Below are positions 8,008 to 18,016 of a DNA stretch of 41,276 nucleotides, in pieces. Position 1 is the first letter of the stretch. Each line of letters begins with the position of its first letter. The position numbers and the translations under genes are program-made. The stretch is from contig JBKHGE010000019.1 of the NCBI GenBank assembly GCA_046539845.1, forward strand, positions 1 through 41,276. Reading direction: 5' to 3'. This DNA comes from Desulfonatronovibrionaceae bacterium. GTDB taxonomy: Bacteria > Desulfobacterota > Desulfovibrionia > Desulfovibrionales > Desulfonatronovibrionaceae. Under the pieces are notes generated by a model that had not been told where the DNA came from, ran no database searches, and saw only the letters and a list, made by a program, of their open reading frames with translations.

Positions 8008-8222
8008 AGATCCGCCACCATCAAAATGTCCTCGGTACCCGCCTGAACCGCCTGCACGTTTTCCGACTGTATCTTTTTGTATAATTCATCCCTGTATACC
8101 GGCATGTCCTCGGGCACCTTGAGCCCCAGACGCACCTGCCTGCCCTTCATCTCCAGGACGGTGACCTCGATCTCATCGCCCAGGTGGATGCTTTCGCCAA
8201 TTTTTCTAGTCAAAATAAGCAT
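7989..8222 (-). CDS. csrA: carbon storage regulator CsrA
   Basis: MLILTRKIGESIHLGDEIEVTVLE...VRLG...VYRDELY. Confidence 0.96.
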   Translation of the reverse strand: MLILTRKIGESIHLGDEIEVTVLEMKGRQVRLGLKVPEDMPVYRDELYKKIQSENVQAVQAGTEDILMVADLWKADK

Positions 8223-8236
8223 CTTTTCCAGCTCGG

Positions 8237-9748
8237 CTACAGGTAATTCATAAGGCTCATCTGCATGATCCGGGAGCTGGACTGCAGCGCCGCCCGATAG
8301 GCCACCTGCTGACTGCTCAATTTGGTCATGAGCTCGGCTATATCCACATCCTCCAGATTGCTCATCCTCTCCTTTTCATTGTTTATCAGCGAGGACATGG
8401 AGTTTTCGGCCACCTCCAGCCTGTTCTCCCTCGCGCCCACGTCTGCCAGGTTATTGGAGATATGCTTTATGTTTTCGCCCAGGCCCTCCAGACTTTCCTG
8501 GATCCCCTGCTGGTTGTTGGTCTTCAGATATCCGATAAACTCGCCCAGGGTCTCGAAGACATTGTCTTCAGAGCCGCGGCCGAACACGGTTTCTTCAAAA
8601 TTCCCTTCCTCGTCCTGAATAACTCCCCCGAACACCTCCTTGCCGATATTGTTCACTGGCAGGGACTCGTCCGGGGAGATCTGGAAATCGATCTTGGCCT
8701 TGTCCGGGCGGATGGAGAACTGATCTCCTTCCTGAATGCTGCCCGCGGTAACCTCCATTACCCCGCCGGGAAGCACATACTTATTTTCGCCCGTGGTTGT
8801 CTCATGCCCGGTGGACCAGTTGCTTCCCCCATCCGTGCTGTATGAATACTCCACATCCCCGGAGTCCAGGGAATCGATGCGAACCACTGTCCCGGAATCA
8901 AAATCCCCTTTGGCCTCTACATCCAGACCTGCAGAATTCACAGCCGCTTTATCCACCTGAACATTGTCCTCGCCATCCCCCAGATATCTGGCCGAAGGAC
9001 GGACCCAGAGCCAGGTCCCGGAGGAGTCTTCGGTGTCCTCGGAGGCCTCCACTTCATAGCCGTTATTCAATTCCACCTCGGTCCCGCCGAAGTTCATAGT
9101 GGTGTTGGAGGCGCTCAAGGCATCCGGATCCCCGGAAGCAACTTCGGTCCAGTTCTTTCCCCCATCCGCTGAATATCTGTAGCCGATATCGTCCGTACCA
9201 ACGGTTCCGGAATCCGAAAACTGCACCAAGACGTTCTGGCCCTTTTCCCCGGTTATGGAGACTATATCCTCGTCTTGAATATCCTGATTACTGCTTATAT
9301 TGAGCGTACGCTCAAAGGCGTTTCCGTCCACCTTCTGGCCGGCGAAGATACTCTTGCCCTCGTAGGTGGTATTGGAAAGACTGATCAGCTGCTCAAATAT
9401 CTGCTCCACTTCGTAGGCGAGCCCGTTTCTCTGATCCGCGGTGAGCGTGCCTGTGGCCGCCTGCTCGGCAATGGCCTTGGCCCGGGTCAGAAGATCGTTT
9501 CCCTGCATCAGGGTCTGGTCCGCCAGCTCCAGCCAGCCCTTGCCCGTATCGACGTTCTTTTTGAACTGTTCCAAAGCGGAAATGGAGTCCCGGTACTGCA
9601 TGACCCGGATGGTGCCCACCGGATCGTCGGACGGCTTGTTTATCTTTTTCTGACTGGCCGCCTGATTATTAAGCTCCATCAGCCTGGAGGACCCCAGATT
9701 CAGATTGCTCAGGAGATCGGCAAACATACTCTGGTGAGTGACACGCAT
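8237..9748 (-). CDS. flgL: flagellar hook-associated protein 3 FlgL
   Basis: MRVT...KKINKPSDDP flagellin-N domain and LEDVDIAE...SLMNYL C-terminus; downstream of flgK. Confidence 0.93.
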   Translation of the reverse strand: MRVTHQSMFADLLSNLNLGSSRLMELNNQAASQKKINKPSDDPVGTIRVMQYRDSISALEQFKKNVDTGKGWLELADQTLMQGNDLLTRAKAIAEQAATGTLTADQRNGLAYEVEQIFEQLISLSNTTYEGKSIFAGQKVDGNAFERTLNISSNQDIQDEDIVSITGEKGQNVLVQFSDSGTVGTDDIGYRYSADGGKNWTEVASGDPDALSASNTTMNFGGTEVELNNGYEVEASEDTEDSSGTWLWVRPSARYLGDGEDNVQVDKAAVNSAGLDVEAKGDFDSGTVVRIDSLDSGDVEYSYSTDGGSNWSTGHETTTGENKYVLPGGVMEVTAGSIQEGDQFSIRPDKAKIDFQISPDESLPVNNIGKEVFGGVIQDEEGNFEETVFGRGSEDNVFETLGEFIGYLKTNNQQGIQESLEGLGENIKHISNNLADVGARENRLEVAENSMSSLINNEKERMSNLEDVDIAELMTKLSSQQVAYRAALQSSSRIMQMSLMNYL

Positions 9749-9760
9749 AACTTCCTCCGT

Positions 9761-11869
9761 TTACGGCCGGATGGACAAAAGGGTCTGGACCATGGAGTCC
9801 GCAGTGGATATCAACTTGGCCGCTGCCTGATAGGACTGCTGGAATTTGATCAGGCTGGTCATCTCCTCGTCCATATTCACCCCGGAGACCTCCTCCTGAC
9901 GGTTGTAGAGATCCTCGGCCAAGGAATTATTGTAGTCATAGTTGAAATCAGCCATATCCTTATCCGCGCCAACTTTGCCCACCAGGGAGTCATAATACTC
10001 CTGCAGGGTCTGCCGGGTGGTACCCTCGGAGATGGTGCTTATGCTCACCTCTTCTTCCTGCAGGTTGGCTATGGCCCGGGCTATGGTATTGTCCCCGGAA
10101 TTGCTCTCGTCTTCCCCGTTTACGTGTCCGGCATTAATAAAGGCCACGTTGTTGCGTACCTGACTGTTGATCGCCAGATCAGCGGCATTAGAGCCTTCGA
10201 AAAAGGTGTTCAACCCCAATCCGGCCAAAAGCCCGCTGGTATCGTCGCCGAACGCGAAATCATATCCGTCTTCCGCCTCCAGCTGCAAACGCCCGCTGAC
10301 AATACTGGCCGAGATATGATCCACATTATCGAACGCGTCCCGGACGTCTTCCAGGGAATGCACCGAAGGATCAAAATTCTGAATCCCTGCTGTGCCGGTG
10401 TCAAAATCCAGCGGACCGGAGCTGTCCAGATCACCGTCAGAATCATAGACATACAGCATGGCGTTCCCGGATTTCAGCTTGTCCCCGAAATCCAGACCCG
10501 CTCCCGCATCTCCAAGCGCAGTGCCTTCATTAAGAAGCGAATAGGTGCCCAGGACATCGGTGAATCTCTGTTCCCCCGCGCCTTGGGCATGCTGCCTGTT
10601 CACCTCCCAGGCCAGACTCTCGGCGAATGCGTTCAGCTTTTCCTCGTATTCGCCCACATTGTGATCCCGAAAATTAAAATACCCGGCCAGGGAGCCGCTG
10701 GTCAGCCGCCTCTCATTGGAAAGCCCGTTGGGCAGCATCTGCGGGGTTATGTTCACCTTGGAGGAGGTATTTTTATACCAGTAAAGGGATTTCTTGGGGA
10801 CTATACTAAAACTATCCCCCTCACTCAGATCGGTGGTGGCAGGAGCGGAGGAATCATTGCTGTCCCCGAACCAGATCTCCACCTCACTGCCCGGAACCTT
10901 TATCCGGTTGTCATAGTCATCAGCCGCGAAAGTGTCGTTGCCGTTCTCGTCCTTGAGCCAGGTCCGGCCCCCATCTACAGAAATTTTGTATTCCGCGGTC
11001 CCGTCGGCAGCTCCTCCGTTGACCACCTCCACCTTATACTCGTTGCTGGAACTGCCCTGGAAATATATCTTGTCATCAAAAGAAGAGTCGGACTCAAGAT
11101 CGGCAAAGGACTGCGGTCCTTCAAAGGCCAGACGATAGGTATCCTGGCCGTCCACCAGGGTGTGTCCGGCCTTGGTCAGGATGGTCACATCCCCCTTGCC
11201 GTTGTCCACGTATTCTATGTCCATCTTTTCCGACAGCTCCCGGACCAGCTTGTCCCGCTTGTCCCGCAGGGCGTTGGCGTTTTTCTGCCCCTCCACCTCC
11301 TGGGTATTAATCTGCTTATTTATCTCGGCGACTTCATTGATTATCTCGTTAACCCGCTCCACATCCTGGTCAATATAATTGTCCATCTGGCCCTGGATGT
11401 CCTTGAGGTTGTCCACGGTCTGGTTCACTGTCCGGACCAGGGTCTCGGAATTCCCGAGCAACGCGGTGCGCACGCTTTCCGAATCCGGGCTGGTGGAAAG
11501 ATCCTGCCAATTCTTGAAAAACTTAGCCAGGGCCGCGTTCGTACCTCCGGTGTCGGATTCGTCAAAAAGTATCTCCACATCCCCCAGGCTCTGTTTGAGC
11601 TTATCCCACATCTCACGCTGTCCGGCCTGGGTATTGTACTGATTCTCGATGAACTGATCAAAATGGCGGATCACTTCCTTGGTGTCCACCCCGGTGCCGA
11701 TCTGTCCCGGACTAACGTTTAAGGAAGGTGACTCCTCCAGGAGCACCTCCTGCCGACGGTAGCCCTCGGTGTTCACATTGGCTATATTGTTCCCGGACAC
11801 CTCCAGGGAGGTCTGGGAGGCAAAAAGCGCCTTTCTGCCTATATCCAATATGGTCCCTATCCCGGCCAT
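9761..11869 (-). CDS. flgK: flagellar hook-associated protein 1 FlgK
   Basis: Motifs GNNIANVNTEGYRRQ and VSGVNMDEEMTSLIKFQQSYQAAAK. TGATG overlap with flgN. Confidence 0.95.
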   Translation of the reverse strand: MAGIGTILDIGRKALFASQTSLEVSGNNIANVNTEGYRRQEVLLEESPSLNVSPGQIGTGVDTKEVIRHFDQFIENQYNTQAGQREMWDKLKQSLGDVEILFDESDTGGTNAALAKFFKNWQDLSTSPDSESVRTALLGNSETLVRTVNQTVDNLKDIQGQMDNYIDQDVERVNEIINEVAEINKQINTQEVEGQKNANALRDKRDKLVRELSEKMDIEYVDNGKGDVTILTKAGHTLVDGQDTYRLAFEGPQSFADLESDSSFDDKIYFQGSSSNEYKVEVVNGGAADGTAEYKISVDGGRTWLKDENGNDTFAADDYDNRIKVPGSEVEIWFGDSNDSSAPATTDLSEGDSFSIVPKKSLYWYKNTSSKVNITPQMLPNGLSNERRLTSGSLAGYFNFRDHNVGEYEEKLNAFAESLAWEVNRQHAQGAGEQRFTDVLGTYSLLNEGTALGDAGAGLDFGDKLKSGNAMLYVYDSDGDLDSSGPLDFDTGTAGIQNFDPSVHSLEDVRDAFDNVDHISASIVSGRLQLEAEDGYDFAFGDDTSGLLAGLGLNTFFEGSNAADLAINSQVRNNVAFINAGHVNGEDESNSGDNTIARAIANLQEEEVSISTISEGTTRQTLQEYYDSLVGKVGADKDMADFNYDYNNSLAEDLYNRQEEVSGVNMDEEMTSLIKFQQSYQAAAKLISTADSMVQTLLSIRP

Positions 11870-12336
11870 CAAAGCCTCCCGCGGACCAATCCGGCCTCCC
11901 GTCTGCGCCTGCTGAACCTGGCCTGGGAGGAATACATATCCCCCTGCTCCACACAGACCTGTTCATAAAAGAATCCAAGCAGGGCGGCGCTCTGTTCGGC
12001 CAAGGCCCGGGCCAGGGAATTATTCTTGGAGGCCTGGGTCGCTGCCTTCTGCTCCTCCTCCCGGGCCTCGTCCCAAAGCCTTTTTATCTCTTTTTGCCCC
12101 TGGTGCTCCCTGAGCCAGAGCTCAAGGGAAAAGAAGCCGGACTCCCGGATATTTTTACTCAAAAGCTGTTTCTCGCGCATAAGCTGCTGCAAGAGGTCCT
12201 GCACGGAAAGCTCCACAGCGGCAATTTTTTTCGGATCATGCTCCTTTAAGGCGGAAAATTCTTCCTGCATCAGGGTGTGCAGAAGAGAAAAACCCTTTTT
12301 CAACCGAAACAGCACTGAATACAGATACTTGTTCAT
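11869..12336 (-). CDS. flgN: flagellar export chaperone FlgN
   Basis: Helical 155-aa protein immediately upstream of flgK, with LMQEEFSAL...NNSLA...GRL ending. Confidence 0.75.
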   Translation of the reverse strand: MNKYLYSVLFRLKKGFSLLHTLMQEEFSALKEHDPKKIAAVELSVQDLLQQLMREKQLLSKNIRESGFFSLELWLREHQGQKEIKRLWDEAREEEQKAATQASKNNSLARALAEQSAALLGFFYEQVCVEQGDMYSSQARFSRRRREAGLVRGRL

Positions 12337-12389
12337 TTCTACCCCGCAAAGCCCGGTTGTCTGTTCTTAAATGGCCCTAATACTCCGCC

Positions 12390-13418
12390 TCAGCCGCGCG
12401 CCTCGCCCACCGAGATCCCGGCCAGGGTACGATCCCTTATCATCTGCGGATTCCAGGCCTGATCCCCCTGTCTGAGTTCAAAATGCACATGGGGACCGGT
12501 GGACCTTCCTGTATCCCCGGATGTTGCAATTCTCTGACCATCGCGGACATATTCGCCCTCGCGGACCAGATTTTCCCGGTTGTGGCCGTAAAAACTCTTC
12601 CACCCGTTTTCGTGTTCCACTACCACCACCTTGCCGTAGCCGCCCTTCTCGCCGGAAAAAACCACCTTCCCCGGCCAGCAGGAGCGTATATCGCTGCCTT
12701 CCTCCGCACCTATATCCACCCCGGCGTGCCAGGCAGGCTCACCAGTAAACGGGTCATCCCGCCACCCGAACCCGGAGGTGACCCGGCCGTCAGCAGGCCA
12801 GTTCAGCTCGGGCATAAGCGTTGAAGAATACTCGCCTTTATCCAAAGCGGTGGACTCCGGAACATGCTCTGGCTTAAGTCCACCCGAGGGCTCTCCGTAT
12901 CTGAGCTCGATGTGTCTGGCCAGAATATCCGCCTTGGTCCGGGGATCCTCCACGCCCTGCATGATCGAATTGAGCTCGGAGAAATACTTTTCCTTGTCCT
13001 CGACTGCAGGAGCGCCTCCTTTGGATTCTTTGCCCGGGACCTGCACACTGGTGTCCAGTTCGGGTTCACTCTCCCGGCTGGCCTTCTCCAGCCTGGACTC
13101 GAGCTGATCATAGATCATGTCCCCCAATCCGATTCCGTCCTCGCGGGACATCATCTTGGCGAATTCCTGGTCGAACATGGACAGATACATATCCTCGTGT
13201 TTGTTGTGCAGATATCCCTCCTTGGGCACGGTGGACTTCATCTTCTCCCACATCTTTTTCAGAAAAATGGACTCAAAATCAGAGCAGGCCTCACGCAGGG
13301 CCTCTTTGGAATTGCCGCCGGATAGCTCCCGGGTAAGAGACCGGAGCCGGTCCTGTTCCCTGGACCCCTCCGCCTCTCTGGTCCCGGCAAGCATGTCTGC
13401 GTGCCCGGAAAATTCCAT
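12390..13418 (-). CDS. flgJ: FlgJ-like rod-binding domain fused to an M23 peptidase
   Basis: Rod-binding segment LREACSDFESIFLKKMWEKMKSTVPK...GIGLGDMIYDQL. M23 motifs TSGFGWR, HAGVD, YGH and STGPHVHFE. Confidence 0.85.
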   Translation of the reverse strand: MEFSGHADMLAGTREAEGSREQDRLRSLTRELSGGNSKEALREACSDFESIFLKKMWEKMKSTVPKEGYLHNKHEDMYLSMFDQEFAKMMSREDGIGLGDMIYDQLESRLEKASRESEPELDTSVQVPGKESKGGAPAVEDKEKYFSELNSIMQGVEDPRTKADILARHIELRYGEPSGGLKPEHVPESTALDKGEYSSTLMPELNWPADGRVTSGFGWRDDPFTGEPAWHAGVDIGAEEGSDIRSCWPGKVVFSGEKGGYGKVVVVEHENGWKSFYGHNRENLVREGEYVRDGQRIATSGDTGRSTGPHVHFELRQGDQAWNPQMIRDRTLAGISVGEARG

Positions 13419-14516
13419 CTAAATCACCTCCAGTTCAGCATGCAGGGCTCCAGCCGCCTTAAGCGCCTTGAGTATGGAAATTAGATCGCGCGGAGTGGCC
13501 CCTATCCGGTTCAGACCCTCGACCAGCTCGTTTATGGTTGCCCCGTCCACCATCATCAACTTTTTTTCATCCTCGACCACCTCCATATCCGTACGCGGGA
13601 CAACCACAGTCTCTCCATCCGAAAACGGAGCCGGCTGGGAGACCTGAGGCTCCTCCTGGACCACGATATCCAGATTGCCGTGGGCTATAGCTACCTGAGA
13701 GATGCTCACGGACTGACCTATGACCACGGTCCCGGTCTTTTCGTCCACTACCACCCGGGCCCTGTTCTCCGGGCTGACCTGCATGTTCTCTAGGGCGGCC
13801 ATAAACGGAACCAAATTACCTTTGAAGGAATCCGGAATCTCGATCTTGATGGTCGAAACATCCTCGGCCTTGGCAGTGTGTTCTCCGAAATTGGAATTTA
13901 TCTTACCCACCACCTGACTGGTGGTGGAAAAATCCTGGACATTCATGTTCACAGTTACGGTCTCCTGCCTGTTGTACTCAAAGGAAACCTTTCTCTCCAC
14001 TACTGCCCCGTTGGGGATGGTAGCCACAGTAGGCACGTTTTTGGTGGATGAGGCGGCCTCCCCGTCAGTAGAATATCCGCCGACCACCAGCGGACCCTGG
14101 GCCAGCCCGTAAATCTTTCCGTCCACACCTTTAAGCGGGGTCTGGACCAAAACTCCGCCCAGCAGACTCTTGGCATCGCCTATGGAAGACACGGATACAT
14201 CGATCTTGGTCCCCGGTTTGGCCGAGGCGGGCATCTTCGCGGTGACCATGACCGCGGCCACATTCTTGACCTTCAGATCGTCCTTATCTACGCGCACCCC
14301 CATGCGCTCCAGCATATTATGAATACTCTGGGAGGTGAAACTCATCCCGCTTTTGTCTCCGGTCCCGGAGAGGCCGACCACCAGGCCGTAGCCCACCAGC
14401 TGATTAGAGCGGACCCCACTGAAGCTGGCTACATCCTTCAGGCGAGTAGCCTGGCCGCTTTCCCCGGAAAGGACGAATACCGCCAGAACCGAAAGGACAA
14501 ATACTATTTTGCGCAT
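13419..14516 (-). CDS. flgI: flagellar P-ring protein FlgI
   Basis: Motifs RLKDVA...GVRSNQLVGYGLVVGLSGTGD and LKAAGALHAELEVI. Confidence 0.97.
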   Translation of the reverse strand: MRKIVFVLSVLAVFVLSGESGQATRLKDVASFSGVRSNQLVGYGLVVGLSGTGDKSGMSFTSQSIHNMLERMGVRVDKDDLKVKNVAAVMVTAKMPASAKPGTKIDVSVSSIGDAKSLLGGVLVQTPLKGVDGKIYGLAQGPLVVGGYSTDGEAASSTKNVPTVATIPNGAVVERKVSFEYNRQETVTVNMNVQDFSTTSQVVGKINSNFGEHTAKAEDVSTIKIEIPDSFKGNLVPFMAALENMQVSPENRARVVVDEKTGTVVIGQSVSISQVAIAHGNLDIVVQEEPQVSQPAPFSDGETVVVPRTDMEVVEDEKKLMMVDGATINELVEGLNRIGATPRDLISILKALKAAGALHAELEVI

Positions 14517-14609
14517 TTTTTGACCCGCTTTATTAAGAATACTGCTCTAAAACACATCTCTAAATCCTGGTTGCGGTTTTATATAATCCCGGCGGGACCC
14601 GGCCATGAT

Positions 14610-15365
14610 CTAAAACGGCCAGATATTGTCCAGAATCCTGGACAGCCATCCCGGCTTCTGCTTGTCTGTGAGTATGCCCTGTCCGTAAATATCTATATGG
14701 GCGTCAGCCAGATAGTCTGAGCTTATCTCGTTGTTCGGCCCGATATCCTCGGAACGGACCAAGCCGCGGACCACTACGATCTGAGTCTCGTCATTCACCC
14801 GAAGCTGTCTGGCTCCCTCGATCTGGAGCAGCCCCCCGCCCAGGTCCTTGACCACCCTGGAGGCCACAGTGGTTGCGATATCCGATTCCCTTTCAGTTGC
14901 CCCGTCGCCCTCGAATTCGCTCGAAGATCCGGCCCGGACAATGGGTGTGGATCCGATATCACCCTCCGGCCCGATATCCCGTCCGACTCCGAATACCGAT
15001 TTCAAGGGCACGGCCCGCATGCTGTCCTGCCCGAACAAATTCTGCACACCCAGATCCACACTGGAACTCCTTTCCGCGTCGGTGCTGGCCTCGTTTTTGG
15101 CGGACAGGGACTCGACCACGCTGACCCGGACAATGTCCCCGACATTCCTGGCCCGGTTATCACTGAACAGATATTCGCTTCTGGTATCTGCGAACAGGGA
15201 TCCGGGATTCTCCTCTTGCATTTGGGCCTGGCTTATCTCCGGAGGCTCGGGGGTCATGGCCGGCTCCGGTGTGCTTTTGTGCTTGGCCGGGGCACAGGCA
15301 AAAAGCATAACGCCTGCCACACAGATCACTACTGTACGCAGTATGATATTCATATCTTTCTCCAT
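14610..15365 (-). CDS. flgH: flagellar L-ring lipoprotein FlgH
   Basis: Lipobox-like FAC, LFSDNRARNVGDI, GLVRSEDI and QKPGWLSRILDNIWPF. Confidence 0.95.
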   Translation of the reverse strand: MEKDMNIILRTVVICVAGVMLFACAPAKHKSTPEPAMTPEPPEISQAQMQEENPGSLFADTRSEYLFSDNRARNVGDIVRVSVVESLSAKNEASTDAERSSSVDLGVQNLFGQDSMRAVPLKSVFGVGRDIGPEGDIGSTPIVRAGSSSEFEGDGATERESDIATTVASRVVKDLGGGLLQIEGARQLRVNDETQIVVVRGLVRSEDIGPNNEISSDYLADAHIDIYGQGILTDKQKPGWLSRILDNIWPF

Positions 15366-15372
15366 TTCTCCC

Positions 15373-16356
15373 TCATCGGGCTACCAAGGTCTCGCCGTCC
15401 CGAACCCTGGCAGTTACTTCCTTGTCGCTCTCCAGGTTTCTCACCTTAACCGTATCCCCCCTGCCTGCGTCGGCCAGGACCTCGACCGGCACGGAAAGGC
15501 GGATGAAATCGCCTCGATACAAGAGTTCGGCCTTTTCCCCGCGCTGGAAAACCGGGAGGGGATCCAATCTGTCCTTGGTCAGGCATTCCCCACGCCCCAT
15601 GGACCGGGAGGCCATCCAGCTGCCGCTCTTGCCGTCCCAGACCTCGCCTCGGATATAGGCCAGATTCTTGCGCTCAAAGCGCACCGCATCCATGGTCACC
15701 GGCTCCCGCCTTTTGAGCGGCCGGTCCGTGCAGGGCACTGTCTTCCACACATCTATAAACACCCCGGCGCTGTAGGTGTCGCGCACCTCGCCGTACCCGT
15801 CTTTGACCTTGATTCGAAAATTGTTCCGCCCCGGTTTTATCTTACCGGAGCCTTCATCCAAGACCAGCTCATCCGAACCGCTGGACAAAAATATTGCCTC
15901 TGGCAGCCGAAAATCCCTGAACTCCACCTCTTCGCCCAGATCCCGGACAAACGGAGTCAAAAAGCTGACAACCTTGTCCCTTAACTCTTTCGGTCCCAGG
16001 ACATTATCCCCCCTTTTTATAACCATCTCCTGGGGATACAGGCAGCGCTCGGCAACCAAGGACAGGCGGTTATCCATAGCCCGCTGCAGGCGGCCACGGT
16101 TTATGACCACACGTTTGCCTTTTCTCGGGGCCTTCCACAATTTCTTGTCCTTGAGTTCGGACCACAATTCCTGCCCGCTTTCGCTCACCGGCTCAGCCAG
16201 ATCCCCGAACCGGACATAGTCCCCGGGGATATTGGCATGCCTTTTGAGCATAAAATCCTGATCCGCGGCCCGGGCCGGCTCAGGGCCGGACAGAACCAGA
16301 AACGCCCCGATAAGCAGCCCGGGCAGTAAAAAGGCAACTACAACTCTGTTTGGCAT
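15373..16356 (-). CDS. flgA: P-ring formation chaperone FlgA
   Basis: Signal peptide and SAF-like C-terminus GRGDTVKVRNLESDKEVTARV; located between flgG and flgH. Confidence 0.88.
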   Translation of the reverse strand: MPNRVVVAFLLPGLLIGAFLVLSGPEPARAADQDFMLKRHANIPGDYVRFGDLAEPVSESGQELWSELKDKKLWKAPRKGKRVVINRGRLQRAMDNRLSLVAERCLYPQEMVIKRGDNVLGPKELRDKVVSFLTPFVRDLGEEVEFRDFRLPEAIFLSSGSDELVLDEGSGKIKPGRNNFRIKVKDGYGEVRDTYSAGVFIDVWKTVPCTDRPLKRREPVTMDAVRFERKNLAYIRGEVWDGKSGSWMASRSMGRGECLTKDRLDPLPVFQRGEKAELLYRGDFIRLSVPVEVLADAGRGDTVKVRNLESDKEVTARVRDGETLVAR

Positions 16357-16395
16357 ATCTGTCTCCGGAAGCCCGCTTGCTTTAGCAAATCGTTT

Positions 16396-17181
16396 TTACC
16401 TCTTCATGTTGTTGGCGGTCTGGAGCATCTGATCCGAGGTGCTGATGGCCTTGGAATTTATCTCATACGCCCTCTGACCGACTATCATGTTCACCATCTC
16501 GTCCACGAGCTCCACATTGGACATCTCCAAAAAGCCCTGGCCTATGGTCCCCACGTTCTCTTCACCCGGCACCCCCTCAACCGGGTCTCCGGAGGCCTCG
16601 GTGGGGAGGTACAGATTGCGGCCGTCACTGTTTAATCCGGCCGGATTGGCAAAGGTATAAAGGGGAATATCCATGGAGGCCAGTTCCTCGCCCTGCTTAT
16701 CCAATGCGGCCAGATGACCGTCCTCGCTGACCTCTATGTTCTGGGTCTCCGGAGGGACATTGAATTCCGGCTGTAAAGGATGACCGTTGGCCGTGACCAC
16801 CAAACCGTCCTCGTCCAGCTTAAAGGCCCCGGCCCGGGTATAGGCCTCTTCCCCATCCGGGGTGGTCACCTGGAAGAACCCGTCGCCCTCAATGGCCAGA
16901 TCCAAGGGATTTCCGGTGTTCTCATAGTCGCCCTGGGAAAACATCTTGTGCACACTCAACGGCCGCACTCCCATACCGATCTGCATGCCGGTAGGCGTCC
17001 GCTGCCCGGTGCCGGTCTCAGCCCCGGCGATCTTCAGATTTTGATACATGAGGTCCTCGAACTCGGCCCGGCTTTTCTTGAATCCGATGGTATTCACATT
17101 GGACAGGTTGTTCGAGGTGACATCAATATTCATCTGCTGGGCGACCATGCCTGAAGCCGCAGTCCATAAGGAACGCATCAT
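16396..17181 (-). CDS. flgG: distal rod protein FlgG
   Basis: MMRSLWTAASGM...NNLSNVNTIGFKKSRAEFEDLMYQ and QGFLEMSNVELVDEM. Confidence 0.96.
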   Translation of the reverse strand: MMRSLWTAASGMVAQQMNIDVTSNNLSNVNTIGFKKSRAEFEDLMYQNLKIAGAETGTGQRTPTGMQIGMGVRPLSVHKMFSQGDYENTGNPLDLAIEGDGFFQVTTPDGEEAYTRAGAFKLDEDGLVVTANGHPLQPEFNVPPETQNIEVSEDGHLAALDKQGEELASMDIPLYTFANPAGLNSDGRNLYLPTEASGDPVEGVPGEENVGTIGQGFLEMSNVELVDEMVNMIVGQRAYEINSKAISTSDQMLQTANNMKR

Positions 17182-17210
17182 AGTTTTTTCTCCTTAAAGG
17201 TATTTACATT

Positions 17211-17993
17211 TTAGGTATAGGACCCGACCTGCCGGATCACTTTGTCGTCAGCTTCCTTGGAAGTGGTCATGGATTTCTGCAGGGACTCGAAGGTGCGCAT
17301 GGTATCGATCATATTGACCATCTCCCGGACCACCTCCACATTGGAGCCCTCTAGATAACCCTGACAGACCCGGGCGTTCTCGGCCGGAATCTCCTGGGCC
17401 TGGGCATCCTCCCGGATGCGGAAAAGATTTTCCCCCTGCTTTTCCAGGGCGCGCAGATCCTCGAACGTCACCAAACCGACATCAGCGATCACATCCCCGT
17501 CAGCTATGATCTGGCCTTGGCCGTTGACCGTCACTCGGGCGTTCTCCGGAATCTCCACCTCACCGCCGTCCCCGAGCAGAGTATATCCCTGCGGGGTCTC
17601 CAGGGTGTTGGTCTCGGAGTTGATGCGGAAGCTGCCGGCCCTGGTGTAGGCCTCTTGGCCGTCCGGGGTCCGGACCCGGAAAAATCCCTCTCCGTCTATG
17701 GCCAAATCCAAAGGATTACCTGTATCTTGCAAAGACCCCTGATTGAAATCGATGTAATCGCCACTCAGACGGGTCTGGGACAAAAGCTTGGCATCCGGCC
17801 ACAATACCCGATCCTGCAGAGTCATGTTCGGATCCGCGTAATCCGAGGCAAAACGGATAAACTCGTCCTTGAACGAGCTTTGATCCTTTTTGAACCCGGT
17901 GGTATCCACGTTGGACAAATTATTGGCGATCATATCCATCCTATGTTCCTGAGTCAGGGCGCCGAAAAGTGCGGAATACATGCTGTTGTCCAT
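17211..17993 (-). CDS. flgF: basal-body rod protein FlgF
   Basis: MDNSMYSALFGA...IANNLSNVDTTGFKKD and QGYLEGSNVEVVREM. AAGGAGG RBS 6 nt before ATG 17993; the longer ORF-track start at 18683 is rejected. Confidence 0.9.
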   Translation of the reverse strand: MDNSMYSALFGALTQEHRMDMIANNLSNVDTTGFKKDQSSFKDEFIRFASDYADPNMTLQDRVLWPDAKLLSQTRLSGDYIDFNQGSLQDTGNPLDLAIDGEGFFRVRTPDGQEAYTRAGSFRINSETNTLETPQGYTLLGDGGEVEIPENARVTVNGQGQIIADGDVIADVGLVTFEDLRALEKQGENLFRIREDAQAQEIPAENARVCQGYLEGSNVEVVREMVNMIDTMRTFESLQKSMTTSKEADDKVIRQVGSYT

Positions 17994-18016
17994 AAACATC
18001 CTCCTTACCCATCTTA

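Noticed and set aside
9275..11722. 815-aa + strand ORF
   Set aside because: It is an antisense shadow of flgK/flgL with no recognisable motifs, as expected from codon bias on the coding strand.
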